Shown here: positions 14,797 through 24,000 of the stretch, one piece after another
How positions within the stretch are numbered: position 1 is the stretch's first letter
Layout: each line of letters begins with the position of its first letter
Origin: Acidimicrobiia bacterium
Lineage (GTDB): Bacteria > Actinomycetota > Acidimicrobiia > Spongiisociales > UBA5794
Assembly: GCA_029934555.1 (NCBI GenBank)
Contig: JAOZMA010000001.1
Location: 2,259 to 26,258 of the forward strand
Length of the DNA: 24,000 nt
Reading direction: 5' to 3'
Made by a program: the position numbers and the translations under genes
The notes under the pieces: generated by a model
What the model saw: the letters and a program-made list of their open reading frames with translations, nothing else
The model's database searches: none
What the model was told of the DNA's origin: nothing

Positions 14797-16133
14797 TGGA
14801 TCTCGACACCATCTTCAAGGCGTACGACGTACGCGGCCTCTACCCGACTCAGATCGACGAGGAGGCGGCTCGACGGATCGGGTACGGTTTCGGCACCTTT
14901 GCCGCTGCCGATCGGATCGCTGTCGGCCGGGATTGTCGGGCCTCGTCGCCGGCGATCGTGGCTGCTCTCATCGAAGGGATCACTGCCACGGGAACCGACG
15001 TTGTCGACATAGGCGAGATCACGACCGATGGCCTCTACTTCGCGTCAGGATCGATGGATCTCCCCGGCGTGGTCGTGACCGCATCTCACAATCCTCCCGA
15101 GTACAACGGGCTGAAGTTCTGTCTGGCCGGCGCTGCGCCGGTCGGTGAGGACACGGGGTTGTCTGAGATCAAGCGGATCGCCGCATCGGATCACGAAGCG
15201 CAGGATGACCGGGGTTCGGTCGAGGTCGTCGACATCCTCGACGGATACGTCGATCATCTCTTCGGAGTCGTCGACGTAGCGGTGTTCTCGGATCTGACCG
15301 TTGCGGCAGATGGGGGGAACGGGATGGCCGGTATCGCCCTGCCGTCGGTCTTCGATCGGCTGCCGGCCAGACTCATCGGCCTCTACCTCGAGCCGGACGG
15401 AGCATTCCCGAATCACCCGGCCGACCCCCTCAGGCCCGAGAACCTCGTCGACCTCCTGGCCCTGATGGCCGAGACCAAGCCGGATCTCGGCGTGGCGTTC
15501 GACGGTGACGCCGACCGGGCTTTCTTCATCGACGACGAGGGCGTTCCATTGCCGGGAAGCACGACGACTGCGATCATCGGCGACTGGTTCCTCAAAGGTG
15601 AGCCAGGAGCGTCGATCGTGCACAACCTCATCTGTTCGAAGGCAGTCCCCGAGAGGGTCAGCGAGGCCGGAGGCGTTCCGGTGCGGACGAGAGTCGGGCA
15701 CTCCTTCATCAAGCAAGTCATGAAGGAGACCGGCGCCGTGTTCGGTGGAGAGCACTCCGGTCACTACTACTTCCGCGACAACTACCGCGCCGACTCGGGG
15801 ATCCTCGCGATGCTCGTCCTGATGCAGGTGATGTCCGAGGACGGACGCCCGCTCTCCGAACTCCGCATCGACTACGAGCCGTACGTCGGTTCGGGGGAGA
15901 TCAACTACGACGTTGCAGACCAGGCCGGGGCTACCGCCGCCGTGGCCGCCGCATACAGCGATGCCCGGATCGACTACCTCGATGGCCTGACCGTCGATCT
16001 TGGCGATCGGTGGTTCAACCTTCGACCGTCGAACACCGAGCCGAAGCTCAGACTCAACGCAGAAGCCCCAAACGCTGCCGCTGTGGACGAACTCGTCGCA
16101 GCGGTGGCATCGATCATCGAGGAGGGACCGTGA
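14796..16133 (+). CDS. manB: Phosphomannomutase/phosphoglucomutase
   Basis: Start at ATG 14796 (M26 of the track ORF; MDLDTIFKAYDVRG is the typical N-terminus). Active-site loop TASHNPPEYNG, metal loop FDGDADR, and GEHSGHYYF. Confidence 0.9.
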   Translation: MDLDTIFKAYDVRGLYPTQIDEEAARRIGYGFGTFAAADRIAVGRDCRASSPAIVAALIEGITATGTDVVDIGEITTDGLYFASGSMDLPGVVVTASHNPPEYNGLKFCLAGAAPVGEDTGLSEIKRIAASDHEAQDDRGSVEVVDILDGYVDHLFGVVDVAVFSDLTVAADGGNGMAGIALPSVFDRLPARLIGLYLEPDGAFPNHPADPLRPENLVDLLALMAETKPDLGVAFDGDADRAFFIDDEGVPLPGSTTTAIIGDWFLKGEPGASIVHNLICSKAVPERVSEAGGVPVRTRVGHSFIKQVMKETGAVFGGEHSGHYYFRDNYRADSGILAMLVLMQVMSEDGRPLSELRIDYEPYVGSGEINYDVADQAGATAAVAAAYSDARIDYLDGLTVDLGDRWFNLRPSNTEPKLRLNAEAPNAAAVDELVAAVASIIEEGP

Positions 16134-16312
16134 CCGACCATCTGATCGACCCGGCGTTGCTGGAGATCATGCAATGCCCGTCTTGCACCGGAACGCTCGT
16201 CGAGCGGCCCGAGCCGCCGGCACTCATCTGTTCGGAATGCGGACTCCAGTACCCGGTCCAAGACGGCATTCCCGTCATGCTGATCGACGAAGCCACGCCT
16301 TCCGACCAATGA
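16130..16312 (+). CDS. Trm112-family small zinc-ribbon protein
   Basis: GTG 16130 is preceded by GGAGGGA and overlaps the manB stop as GTGA. 60 aa with LLEIMQCPSC...CSECGLQYPVQDGIPVMLIDEA. Confidence 0.8.
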   Translation: MTDHLIDPALLEIMQCPSCTGTLVERPEPPALICSECGLQYPVQDGIPVMLIDEATPSDQ

Positions 16313-17301
16313 CCATGTTCGATGACATCATGAGCTTGCCGCAGCAACTGCGATGGGGGATCGGCCACGACGTCGCTCCGATACGCTCCGACGGGCCGAT
16401 CGTGCTCCTCGGCATGGGAGGGTCTGCAATGGCGGCCACCATCGGAACCCTCGCATCCACACCACGCGCCCCCATGGTCGTACACCGTGGCTACGGGCTT
16501 CCCCCATGGGCAGCAGAGAGCGGAGCCGCGGTCCTCGCCGTGTCGTACAGCGGGAACACCGAAGAAGTGCTCTCCGGTGTGGATCAGGCGATCTCAGAAG
16601 GCCTCGAAATCTCCGCGATCGCCTCCGGTGGCCGACTCGGTGAGATCGCACGAGAACGTGATCTGCCGTACGTGGAGGTTCCCGGAGGTCTCCAACCCCG
16701 TGCAGGCGTTGGATACCAAACCGCGGCTGTGGCCGCCATGCTCGGCGCCGCCGGTCAGATCTCCAACGCCGACGCTGCACTGGCCGAAGCCGCAGACGTC
16801 GTCGATCGCCTTCTCGACGGCGGCAAAGGCGGCGCCGTGAACCTCGGCCGTGACCTCGCCGCCGGCCTCGAGGATCGAACGGCCGTCATCTACGGCGGGC
16901 TTGGAATCGGTTCAACCGCGGCCTACCGGTGGAAGACACAGATCAACGAGAACGCCAAGGTCCCTGCCTTCTCAGGAGCCGTTCCAGAGATGAACCACAA
17001 CGAACTCGAAGGATGGCAACCCGGCTCGAGTGACGGCTTCGGCGTCATCTACCTCAGGGACGCCGCAGATCATCCGAGTGTTGCCCGTCGGTTGGATCTC
17101 TCAGGGACGGTTCTGTCGGGGAAGGTCCGCCGCGTCGGTGACGTTCTCTCGACCGGAGACGGTCCACTTGCCCGGTTCTTCAGTCTTGCCGTCGTCGGCG
17201 ACGTCGCATCCGTAGCGATGGCGGAGACGGCAGGCGTCGATCCGACACCGGTCGAGACACTTGAGGCTTTCAAGACGATGCTTGCGAAAGGAACATCATG
17301 A
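16309..17301 (+). CDS. SIS-domain bifunctional phosphoglucose/phosphomannose isomerase family protein
   Basis: ATG 16309 (M104 of the track ORF) overlaps the Trm112-like stop as ATGA. Motifs LLGMGGSAMAA, VSYSGNTEE and NHNELEG. It occupies the manA-equivalent position of the actinobacterial block. Confidence 0.75.
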   Translation: MTMFDDIMSLPQQLRWGIGHDVAPIRSDGPIVLLGMGGSAMAATIGTLASTPRAPMVVHRGYGLPPWAAESGAAVLAVSYSGNTEEVLSGVDQAISEGLEISAIASGGRLGEIARERDLPYVEVPGGLQPRAGVGYQTAAVAAMLGAAGQISNADAALAEAADVVDRLLDGGKGGAVNLGRDLAAGLEDRTAVIYGGLGIGSTAAYRWKTQINENAKVPAFSGAVPEMNHNELEGWQPGSSDGFGVIYLRDAADHPSVARRLDLSGTVLSGKVRRVGDVLSTGDGPLARFFSLAVVGDVASVAMAETAGVDPTPVETLEAFKTMLAKGTS

Positions 17302-18545
17302 ATTATGACATTGCTGATCCGGGGTTGGCTTCTGAGGGTCATCGGAGGATCGCGTGGGCGGATCGGCGGATGCCGGTTCTTGCTGTGATTCGGGAGCGGT
17401 TCGAGGCTGACAAGCCGTTGGATGGTGTGCGGGTCGCGGCGTGTATGCATGTGACGTCTGAGACGGCGGTGTTGATGTACGCGTTGCGTGCCGGTGGTGC
17501 GTCGGTTGTGTTGTGTGCGTCGAATCCGTTGTCGACTCAGGATGATGTGGCTGCGGCGCTCGTTGAGGACGGTATCCCGGTGTATGCGGTGCGTGGCGAG
17601 GATTCGGATACGTTCTACGAGCACATCAACGCGATTCTGGATACGGAGCCGCATCTGGTGTTCGATGACGGGGCGGATACGACGACGGTGTTGCATCGGG
17701 AGCGGAAGGATCAGGCGATCCTTGGTGGTTTGGAGGAGACAACAACCGGGGTGTTGCGCCTGAGGGCGATGGCTGCGAATGGCGTGTTGCGGTATCCGGT
17801 GGTTGCGGTGAACGATTCCGCGACGAAGCATCTGTTCGACAATCGTCACGGCACGGGCCAGTCGTCTCTTGATGGGATCCTGCGGGCGTCGAATATCCTG
17901 TTCGCGGGTCGTACGGTGGTTGTTGCGGGGTTCGGTGACTGTGGTTGGGGTGTTGCTCGTCGGGCAGCCGGTTTGGGTGCGAGTGTGGTCGTGATCGAGG
18001 TCGATCCGATCCGGGCGCTGTCTGCTGCGATGGAGGGGTATCGGGTGATGACGGCTGCTGAGGCTGCTCCTGTTGGTGACGTGTTCATCACGGTGACTGG
18101 AGACATCCACATCTTCCGGCCCGAGCATTTCGTCGTGATGAAGGACAACGTGATCCTGGCGAACGCCGGGCACTTCGATGTGGAGCTCGATCTGAAGGGT
18201 CTTCGGGAGATGGCGGTCGCGAGCCGTGAGATCCGTGAGAATCTCGTCGAGTTCGAACTCGCCGACGGACGACGGATCATCGTCGTTGCTGAAGGTCGGC
18301 TTGTAAACCTGTCTGCGGCGGAGGGTCATCCTGCTGATGTGATGGACATGTCGTTCGCCGATCAGGCGCTCGCAGCGGAATGGCTCATCGACGTCGGTGA
18401 CGATCTCGCACCCGACGTGTACGTGCTGCCACACGAACTCGACGAATCCGTCGCCAGACTCAAACTCGAATCGATGGGCGCCTCACTAGAGACCCTGACA
18501 GAAGAACAAGCCAAATACCTCGAGTCCTGGGAAGAAGGAACGTAG
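17298..18545 (+). CDS. ahcY: Adenosylhomocysteinase
   Basis: 415 aa. ATG overlaps the upstream stop as ATGA. Motifs CNPLSTQD-like (CASNPLSTQDDVAAAL), ETTTGV, NDSATKHLFDNRHGTGQS, NAD loop AGFGDCGWG, and GHFDVE. Confidence 0.95.
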   Translation: MNYDIADPGLASEGHRRIAWADRRMPVLAVIRERFEADKPLDGVRVAACMHVTSETAVLMYALRAGGASVVLCASNPLSTQDDVAAALVEDGIPVYAVRGEDSDTFYEHINAILDTEPHLVFDDGADTTTVLHRERKDQAILGGLEETTTGVLRLRAMAANGVLRYPVVAVNDSATKHLFDNRHGTGQSSLDGILRASNILFAGRTVVVAGFGDCGWGVARRAAGLGASVVVIEVDPIRALSAAMEGYRVMTAAEAAPVGDVFITVTGDIHIFRPEHFVVMKDNVILANAGHFDVELDLKGLREMAVASREIRENLVEFELADGRRIIVVAEGRLVNLSAAEGHPADVMDMSFADQALAAEWLIDVGDDLAPDVYVLPHELDESVARLKLESMGASLETLTEEQAKYLESWEEGT

Positions 18546-18546
18546 A

Positions 18547-18626
18547 AGAGCTGCCAGCTACCAGCCGCCAGCTTCCGAAGTCGGACTGGCAGCTGGTAGC
18601 TGGGCGCTGGTAGCTCTCTTTCTGTC
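18547..18626 (+). terminator. Long imperfect hairpin built from inverted heptamer units (GCTGCCA GCTACCA GCCGCCA GCTTCCG / CTGGCAG CTGGTAG CTGGGCG CTGGTAG), followed by a pyrimidine/T-rich tract
   Basis: Starts 2-5 nt after the ahcY TAG (18543-18545). Segment 18557-18578 pairs with 18581-18600, with one mismatch and one bulge. Alternative registers exist because both arms are tandem arrays. It is followed by CTCTCTTTCTGTC. Confidence 0.5.
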
Positions 18627-18651
18627 CCACCCTTGCCGTACGGTCGAGAGC

Positions 18652-19371
18652 ATGTTCTGCCTCTCCTGCACCATGCCTTGTTCCGGGTCGCTCTGTGAGC
18701 GGTGCCGACTTGAACTGCGGCCGGCGCCGGAAGTATCGGTTGGCCCGGGTCTGATCGGTGTGGCCGGTTTCGCCCATGAAGGACCCGCCCGTCGCCTCGT
18801 TCATGCACTGAAGTACCGGGCCGTTTTCGCTGCGGCGGTACCGCTCGCTGATGCGATAGCGGAGAGGATCCCCGGGTCGGCAACCGCTCTCGTCCCCGTG
18901 CCGAGGGCCAGGCTTCGAGCGTTTCGCCACGGCATCGATCCGGCGGCCGTTCTCGCCGATGAGCTCTCACTGCGAACCGGCCTCCCCGTCATCGATGCGA
19001 TTCGACCGAGGCTGTGGTGGCGCCGGCACGCCGGTCGAAGGCGCGACGAGCGCTCATCTGTTCCTTTCACACCAACCGGCGTGCTCGTTCCGAAGGACGC
19101 TGCGCTTGTCGACGATGTACTGACAACGGGAGCGACGGCCCGCGCTGCGGCTGCCGCACTTGAGGGTCTTCCGACTCTTGTCCTGGTGGCTACTTGCGCG
19201 AGTAAGATGAAGCCAGGAGAGAGTCCCTATGGAGGTGCGGTGACGGTTCAACCGCTCAGCGGTCCGGCCGATAGAAGCACCCTCCGCGCCCGAACGAACA
19301 AAGCAGGTCGATTCAACGCGTCCTCGAGACGTTCGGTGGGGCAGAGTCGCAATCGAGAGGAGTACGAGTGA
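18652..19371 (+). CDS. ComF-family phosphoribosyltransferase-like protein
   Basis: N-terminal Cys-rich finger (CLSC...CERC) and PRPP loop LVDDVLTTGATA. About 55 extra C-terminal residues after the PRT fold run up to the hpf start (GTGA overlap). Confidence 0.75.
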   Translation: MFCLSCTMPCSGSLCERCRLELRPAPEVSVGPGLIGVAGFAHEGPARRLVHALKYRAVFAAAVPLADAIAERIPGSATALVPVPRARLRAFRHGIDPAAVLADELSLRTGLPVIDAIRPRLWWRRHAGRRRDERSSVPFTPTGVLVPKDAALVDDVLTTGATARAAAAALEGLPTLVLVATCASKMKPGESPYGGAVTVQPLSGPADRSTLRARTNKAGRFNASSRRSVGQSRNREEYE

Positions 19372-19916
19372 ACGTTCGGATCCACGGGCGGAACACCGAG
19401 ATCGCAGACGATGTCCGCGATCTCGCTCATGAGAAGGTCGAGCATGCATCGAGGATCTTCGACGACGTGACGAGTGTCGACGTCGAGTTCTCCGAGAATG
19501 GCAACCCGAGGCAGACCGACGGCAGATATCGCGTCGAGATCACCTCGAACGCCGCCGGCCAGATCGTTCGCGTCGAGTCGGATGCGTTCGATGCCAGGGC
19601 GGCGCTCGACACCGCGTCCGACAAGTACGAACGTCAGCTTCGCAGACTCAAAGAGCGGCTCATCCAACGTTCCCGCAAGGGCAGCCACAAAGACCTCAAC
19701 CCGGCCGTCGACCCGGTCGATGACCTACATGACCGGGACGCTGTCATCGTGAAGCGGAAGCGATTCGCGATGCGGCCCATGTCGGTCGAGGAAGCTGTAT
19801 TGCAGATGGAGATGCTCGGACACGACTTCTTCGTTTTCCTCGACGCAGACACAGGCAGACAGTCGGTGCTCTACTACCGGCGGGATGGCGATCTCGGGAT
19901 GATCGAACCGGAGTAA
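19368..19916 (+). CDS. hpf: Ribosome hibernation promoting factor (long HPF/RaiA type)
   Basis: GTG start preceded by GAGAGGAG. N-terminal RaiA fold (MNVRIHGRNTEI...YRVEI) and C-terminal dimerisation domain (MSVEEAVLQMEMLGHDFFVFLD...VLYYRRDGDLGMIEP). Confidence 0.9.
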   Translation: MNVRIHGRNTEIADDVRDLAHEKVEHASRIFDDVTSVDVEFSENGNPRQTDGRYRVEITSNAAGQIVRVESDAFDARAALDTASDKYERQLRRLKERLIQRSRKGSHKDLNPAVDPVDDLHDRDAVIVKRKRFAMRPMSVEEAVLQMEMLGHDFFVFLDADTGRQSVLYYRRDGDLGMIEPE

Positions 19917-19940
19917 GCCAGGCTGGAGTGTTGAGCCGAG

Positions 19941-20591
19941 ATGAGAAGATTGATTGTTGTCGACGATGTTCCACTCTTTCGAGCAGGGCTTGCCTCAGCG
20001 CTGAGAGATGCTGGATTCGAGGTTGTCGCCGAGTCGGGTGACGCCGAAGGCGCCGTCACCGCTGCTGAGGAGCATCAGCCGGATCTGGTCCTGCTCGACA
20101 TCCTGATGCCGGGTATCTCTGGTCTCGAAGTCGTCGAGAAGATCAGCGCCGTCGCTCCTGGAGCACAGGTGATCATGCTCACGGCAAGCGAGTCGGAAGA
20201 GGATCTGCTCGTCGGAGTCAAGGCAGGCGTTCGGGGTTACGTCACGAAGGACGCCCCGTTCGATGCTCTGGTCGCGGCCCTCGACGCTGTTGAGGGTGGT
20301 GGAGCTGCCGTATCGCCGAACATGGCCGGAAAGCTCCTCGACGTGACCCGTCAGCTCCTGCGTCACCAGGAGCTTCTGCAGTCGAGGAAGCCGGTGTTGA
20401 CCGGACGGGAACTCGAGGTTCTCCAACTCGTTGCACAAGGACAGACGAGCCGCGAGATCGGCGTTCTTCTGTTCATCTCCGAGAACACCGTGAAGAACCA
20501 CATCAGGAACATCCTCGACAAGCTAGGCCTCCACTCAAGAAACGAAGCAGTGCTGTACGCCGTGCGCGAGGACCTGATCAGTATCTCTTGA
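19941..20591 (+). CDS. NarL/LuxR-family two-component response regulator (no adjacent kinase)
   Basis: Receiver domain (VVDDVPL, DLVLLDILMPG, LTASE, KAGVRGYVTKD) and LuxR HTH (LTGRELEVLQLVAQGQTSREIG...SENTVKNHIRNILDKLG). Confidence 0.9.
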   Translation: MRRLIVVDDVPLFRAGLASALRDAGFEVVAESGDAEGAVTAAEEHQPDLVLLDILMPGISGLEVVEKISAVAPGAQVIMLTASESEEDLLVGVKAGVRGYVTKDAPFDALVAALDAVEGGGAAVSPNMAGKLLDVTRQLLRHQELLQSRKPVLTGRELEVLQLVAQGQTSREIGVLLFISENTVKNHIRNILDKLGLHSRNEAVLYAVREDLISIS

Positions 20592-20631
20592 GTAGATCAG
20601 TAGATCAGTAGATCAGTAGATCAGTAGATCA
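20592..20631. repeat. Perfect tandem octamer array (GTAGATCA) x5
   Basis: Read directly. It starts 1 nt after the regulator TGA (20589-20591). Every unit contains GATC. Confidence 0.97.
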
Positions 20632-20653
20632 GACTGCCCGACAGCTCGGTGTT

Positions 20654-21007
20654 TCACGATCGAACTCGACGCCTGAGTCCCGAGAGCATCCGCATGATCT
20701 CGGCCAACTCAACGAGGTAGCGGTCGGCGGTGTTTCCGTGTAGTTGTCCTAGAGCCTTCGCCAGGATCAGGTGGTTCTCAACCTCCGCCGCTGATCCGAT
20801 TGCGATTGTCAGGAATCTGCGGAATTCCTTCACCGACTCGCGTCCTGCGCCCTCGGCGATGTTCGCCGGGACCGACTCCGCCGCCCGCGTGAGTTGATCC
20901 CCGAGACCGAAGCGATGGCGACCTTGGAACATGTCGACTTCACCGTGAATGCTGATAGCCAGTTGGTGCGATCGTTGCCAGACGGTCAGTCTCTTGAAGT
21001 CTCTCAT
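20654..21007 (-). CDS. Four-helix-bundle protein (23S rRNA intervening-sequence protein / Avd family, TIGR02436 / PF05635 type)
   Basis: 117 aa. FKRLTVWQRSHQLAISIH...LGDQLTRAAESVPANIAEGAGRES.KEFRRFLTIAIGSAAEVENHLILA matches the family pattern (W-Q, Q..RAa.S...NIAEG, f..fL.iA.GS..E). It is the only gene between the inverted octamer arrays and is antisense to both flanking genes. Confidence 0.8.
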   Translation of the reverse strand: MRDFKRLTVWQRSHQLAISIHGEVDMFQGRHRFGLGDQLTRAAESVPANIAEGAGRESVKEFRRFLTIAIGSAAEVENHLILAKALGQLHGNTADRYLVELAEIMRMLSGLRRRVRS

Positions 21008-21060
21008 TCCCCAGTCGTACCAAAGGTCAGGACCAGTTGATAGACCTCTGACTGCCGTGC

Positions 21061-21084
21061 TGATCTACTGATCTACTGATCTAC
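21061..21084. repeat. Perfect tandem octamer array (TGATCTAC) x3, exact reverse complement of the 20592-20631 unit
   Basis: Read directly. It ends 50 nt upstream of the secA ATG and is bracketed by the 9-nt direct repeat ACTGCCGTG (21051-21059 and 21083-21091). Confidence 0.97.
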
Positions 21085-21133
21085 TGCCGTGAGGCCCCCA
21101 ACAAACTGCATACGCCCCGTAGTATTCGGCTCC

Positions 21134-23785
<2,652 letters not shown>

Positions 23786-23805
23786 GTACGGGTATGCTCG
23801 GCTCT

Positions 23806-24000
23806 ATGAAACTCAAGAGCACCGCCGTCAAAGCCGCAGGGATCGCGAACTCATTTCTCTCGTCGTTGGGTGGCCCCCTCGAAGGCCTCGCGATGGCGTC
23901 GTCGTTCGAGCCCTCCTTGATGCCCCGAACCTCGATTCAACAGGGAATCATGATGGGCCTCGCCGGTCTCACCGCTCGAAGCCTTACGGCGATCGCTGAA
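23806..24000 (+). CDS. Hypothetical (probably membrane-associated) protein, 5' part; continues beyond the window
   Basis: ATG 23806 opens a frame-1 reading frame with no stop to the window end (65 codons: MKLKSTAVKAAGIANSFLSSLGGPLEGLAMASSFEPSLMPRTSIQQGIMMGLAGL...). Codon usage is like its neighbours. It is not in the supplied track. The overlapping track ORF 23346..23999 is Arg/Ser-rich junk. Confidence 0.35.
   Translation, partial: MKLKSTAVKAAGIANSFLSSLGGPLEGLAMASSFEPSLMPRTSIQQGIMMGLAGLTARSLTAIAE

Noticed and set aside
17070-18434. 454-aa ORF on the minus strand, the longest unannotated ORF in the window
   Set aside because: It lies exactly antisense to ahcY. Its translation is Arg/His/Thr/Pro-rich with no recognisable motif. 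The absence of stops follows from the near absence of A-ending sense codons in ahcY. It is a shadow ORF.
19200-19367. Possible alternative-hairpin leader (GCGGT / ACCGC / GCGGT) upstream of hpf
   Set aside because: The helices are only 5 bp, the region lies inside the comF-like reading frame, and no known riboswitch or attenuator pattern is recognisable.
20654-21007. Diversity-generating retroelement, because the four-helix-bundle protein is Avd-like
   Set aside because: The window has no reverse transcriptase gene, no template/variable repeat pair and no target gene with an adenine-mutated repeat. The family membership alone is insufficient.

Overview
GC-rich, densely coding chromosomal segment with about 24 protein genes. 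I saw no rRNA, tRNA or CRISPR. Gene content and order match the conserved actinobacterial core block I know from the Mycobacterium tuberculosis Rv3240c-Rv3280 neighbourhood (from memory). That block is: acyl-CoA carboxylase beta subunit divergent from birA; F420 genes cofD-cofE; a large GT2-polytopic membrane glycosyltransferase, then a DUF5719-like exported protein and a DUF3499 protein; phosphomannomutase, Trm112-like, SIS phosphosugar isomerase and ahcY joined by 4-nt overlaps; comF-like PRTase, hpf, a NarL-type regulator and secA. Accessory-looking material sits inside this backbone. (1) Two small zinc-ribbon genes plus a three-part module (GT-C-like polytopic protein, GtrA-like protein, GT2 polyprenol-phosphate-sugar-synthase-like enzyme) lie between DUF3499 and phosphomannomutase. 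(2) A decayed Fpg/Nei remnant. (3) A four-helix-bundle (Avd / 23S-rRNA-IVS protein family) gene lies between the regulator and secA. The most unusual signal is non-coding. At five loci, tandem arrays of 7- or 8-nt units start within 10 nt of a stop codon, mostly as inverted pairs able to form long stems. One perfect inverted octamer pair brackets the four-helix-bundle gene. In addition, the 5' two-thirds of ahcY has visibly foreign codon usage that reverts to the local style inside the gene. All family assignments come from motif recognition by eye; no searches were run.
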